Positions 62,299-64,000 of a DNA stretch of 64,000 nucleotides are shown piece by piece; within the stretch, counting starts at the first letter, position 1; the number at the start of each line of letters is the position of its first letter. Source of the stretch: a virus. Its lineage: Duplodnaviria > Caudoviricetes. Both the position numbers and the translations under genes were made by a program. The notes beneath the pieces are model-generated. The model made no database searches. It was given only the letters and a program-made list of their open reading frames with translations, and was not told where the DNA came from. The DNA is taken from the IMG/VR virus record IMGVR_UViG_2929656146_000003, positions 1 to 64,000 of that record, one strand, 5' to 3'.

Positions 62299-62658
62299 TC
62301 AGCTGGTCGGGGTGCGGGCGGCGAGGAGGTATCGCGCGGCAAGGCGCTTGGCGGCGTCGCAGGCCTTGGTCATCTCGGTGAGCTCGGCGCGGAGGCGGGT
62401 GTTCTCGGCGTCGCGGGCGGCCAGCTGCTGGCGCGTCTCCCGCAGGTCGGCCTCGGCGTGCAGCCAGCGCATCAGCGTTGGTCGCAGGGCGTCCATCGCG
62501 GCGCGGGCCTGCCGGTGGTGGTCGGCATCGGGATGGTCCTGCGCGAGCTGGTGCAGGGCGCTGAGGACCTCGTACTGGCGGAGCTGGCGGATCTCGGTGG
62601 GCTCACCGCACGTCCAGCAGGATGGGCCGACGCACAGGTGCGGCGGGGTGGCGGTCAC
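62299..62658 (-). CDS. Hypothetical coiled-coil protein
   Basis: Coupled ORF. Confidence 0.6.
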   Translation of the reverse strand: MTATPPHLCVGPSCWTCGEPTEIRQLRQYEVLSALHQLAQDHPDADHHRQARAAMDALRPTLMRWLHAEADLRETRQQLAARDAENTRLRAELTEMTKACDAAKRLAARYLLAARTPTS

Positions 62659-62795
62659 CGGTCACCCCCGGCGGCGCAGGTGTGCCCCCGGCCCGCGCAG
62701 TTGCAGCCGTCGCACTGCTCGCACAACTCGGCGTGGCAGTGGGAGCAGTGCGCGCCGATGCAGGGGCTGTCGTGGTCGCAGGAGTAGGTGTCCAT
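62655..62795 (-). CDS. Tiny Cys/His-rich protein (46 aa), not in the ORF track
   Basis: GGAG RBS; MDTYSCDHDSPCIGAHCSHCHAELCEQCDGCNCAGRGHTCAAGGDR; GTGA coupling. Confidence 0.6.
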   Translation of the reverse strand: MDTYSCDHDSPCIGAHCSHCHAELCEQCDGCNCAGRGHTCAAGGDR

Positions 62796-62849
62796 GGCGG
62801 GTCTCCGTGGTGGGTGTGGCGGGGCTGTGCGGGGCGGCCGGTGGGGGCG

Positions 62850-63239
62850 TCAGCAGCGCTGGCAGGTGACGTCCTCGGTGGTCGGGATCAGGAAGTGGAG
62901 GCGGCGGGCCGCGGACTCGCTCGCGCAGCAGGCGGGCAGGTGGGTGCGGAGGCGCTTCGAGTAGCTGCCCTTGCGGTGCACGGTGCCGGTGTGGGTGCGG
63001 AGGTTCGCGGGCTGGTCGTCGGCCTGGGCGCGGTGGGTTTCGATCTCCTGCGCGGTGGCCGGTCGCACCGTCACGCGTCGGCCGTCGGGGTAGGTGATGG
63101 CGTAGGTGCTGCCGGAGCCGTACAACTCGGTGCCGTCATCGTGGCCAGCGCTCATGACGGCCTGGACCTCGTCGAGGGCGGCGCGGGTGGCGATGAGGGT
63201 GGTGGTGCCGTTCTCGGTGCGGATGTGGGTGAGGTCCAT
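62850..63239 (-). CDS. Hypothetical protein with C-terminal zinc finger
   Basis: GGAGGA RBS; 'TVH...ACC...VTCQRC'. Confidence 0.7.
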   Translation of the reverse strand: MDLTHIRTENGTTTLIATRAALDEVQAVMSAGHDDGTELYGSGSTYAITYPDGRRVTVRPATAQEIETHRAQADDQPANLRTHTGTVHRKGSYSKRLRTHLPACCASESAARRLHFLIPTTEDVTCQRC

Positions 63240-63256
63240 CGGTTCCTCCAGCTCAC

Positions 63257-63308
63257 AGGTGGTTGACCACCTCTAGATAAGCACACGCTGGACAGGTGGT
63301 CAACCACC
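63257..63308. promoter_or_regulatory. Pair of palindromic operators GGTGGT-NN-ACCACC between divergent genes
   Basis: AGGTGGTTGACCACCT at 63257 and GGTGGTCAACCACC at 63295. Confidence 0.75.
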
Positions 63309-63324
63309 CTGCGAAGATCTGGTC

Positions 63325-63513
63325 ATGGCCAACATGCACAAGCACCCCGTCCGCGGACTCCGCGGCATCCCCAGCGACCTCTGGGACGCCTTCGACCAGT
63401 CCGCCAAGGGCGTCGGCGCCGACCGCTCCGCCCTGCTCCGCCAGTTCATGGAGTGGCACACCCACCAGCCCGGCGCCGAGCTCCCCGCCCGGCCCGAGCC
63501 GCCCAAGGCCTGA
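63325..63513 (+). CDS. Ribbon-helix-helix (CopG/Arc-like) regulator
   Basis: 'RGLRGIPSDLWDAF...DRSALLRQFMEW'. Confidence 0.75.
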   Translation: MANMHKHPVRGLRGIPSDLWDAFDQSAKGVGADRSALLRQFMEWHTHQPGAELPARPEPPKA

Positions 63514-63680
63514 CCAGCCCCGACCCGTAGCCGCCGGCCGACGCCGTGCGGCTCTTCGTGCTGTCCGGCGACAGTCGGCTGGCGCACGGCGGGTCCTTTC
63601 GCGTGGTGGGGCTGTGCGGGCGCGTGGCGGCCTCGCGGGCGGGCGGTGACCGACGGGTCCGGTCCGGTACTGCGGGGCCG

Positions 63681-64000
63681 TCAGACGGGCGCCTGCGGGC
63701 CGCCGGGGGCGGGTTGCGGGTTGAGCACGGCGCGGATCTCGTCGAGGAGGTTGCGGGTCTGCGGTCCGATGCAGTGGTCGGTCCACTGCTCGACGACGTC
63801 GAGGGCGGCGTCGAGGCGGCCCTCGGCGCGGTGGGCGCGCTGGTTCTCCTCGACGGCCCGGGCGGTGAGGCGCTGGACCTCGGATCGCTTCCGGTCGAGG
63901 ACGGGCCACACGACCGCGAGCATCGCGTCGACCAGGCCGAGGCGCTCGGCGCGGGGCTTGGTGGCGTCGTCGACGATGGCGGTGACGACGGCGCCGCGGA
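63681..64000 (-). CDS. Hypothetical protein, 5' end probably beyond the window
   Basis: Frame of ORF 63681..63923 stays open to the window edge. Confidence 0.55.
   Translation of the reverse strand, partial: RGAVVTAIVDDATKPRAERLGLVDAMLAVVWPVLDRKRSEVQRLTARAVEENQRAHRAEGRLDAALDVVEQWTDHCIGPQTRNLLDEIRAVLNPQPAPGGPQAPV

Larger units (their letters stand above)
1..64000. mobile_element. Actinobacterial siphovirus-type prophage or phage-plasmid carrying a TraB-type conjugation module; neither boundary visible
   Basis: Full terminase-portal-capsid-tail-lysis synteny, rep + DnaB, FtsK/TraB + DUF2637 + GntR; high GC; no host core genes. Confidence 0.93.

Noticed and set aside
1-64000. CRISPR array, tRNA, rRNA or IS transposase
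   Set aside because: No repeat-spacer periodicity, cloverleaf, rRNA-like segment or transposase motif seen by eye; tRNAscan and Rfam were not run
1-64000. Integrase, att sites or ParAB
   Set aside because: No tyrosine/serine recombinase or ParA motif recognised, so integrated versus plasmid state cannot be decided from this window

Overview
The whole 64 kb looks like one high-GC actinobacterial (Streptomyces/Kitasatospora-like) siphovirus-type temperate phage or phage-plasmid; I see no host housekeeping genes, integrase or att site. From left to right: accessory HTH genes; a lysis cassette (holin, amidase); an antisense 7-gene glycosylation operon (3 glycosyltransferases, methyltransferase, NDP-sugar epimerase); a complete tail, head and packaging module with a GGGAAAA -1 frameshift; a large repeat/lectin fibre-like gene; an inserted HNH; an AICE/plasmid-type conjugation arm (TraB/FtsK translocase, DUF2637 Spd-like gene, small ORFs, xis-like HTH); a control island (UTRA + GntR regulators, three-gene MazF module) bracketed by two near-identical outward-facing 40-bp promoter/operator elements; an iteron-bearing replication initiator plus DnaB; then many small early genes (GIY-YIG, EndoVII, Phd-like, exonuclease, DUF2079 membrane protein, a gene behind a LexA box, cytosine methyltransferase). 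Most notable: (i) an apparent phage/conjugative-element hybrid with a polar repeat array hidden in a coding sequence and a shared GntR-type switch, (ii) a candidate virion-glycosylation system, (iii) a candidate MazF toxin-antitoxin-chaperone defence module. All family assignments come from motif recognition by eye, not database searches.
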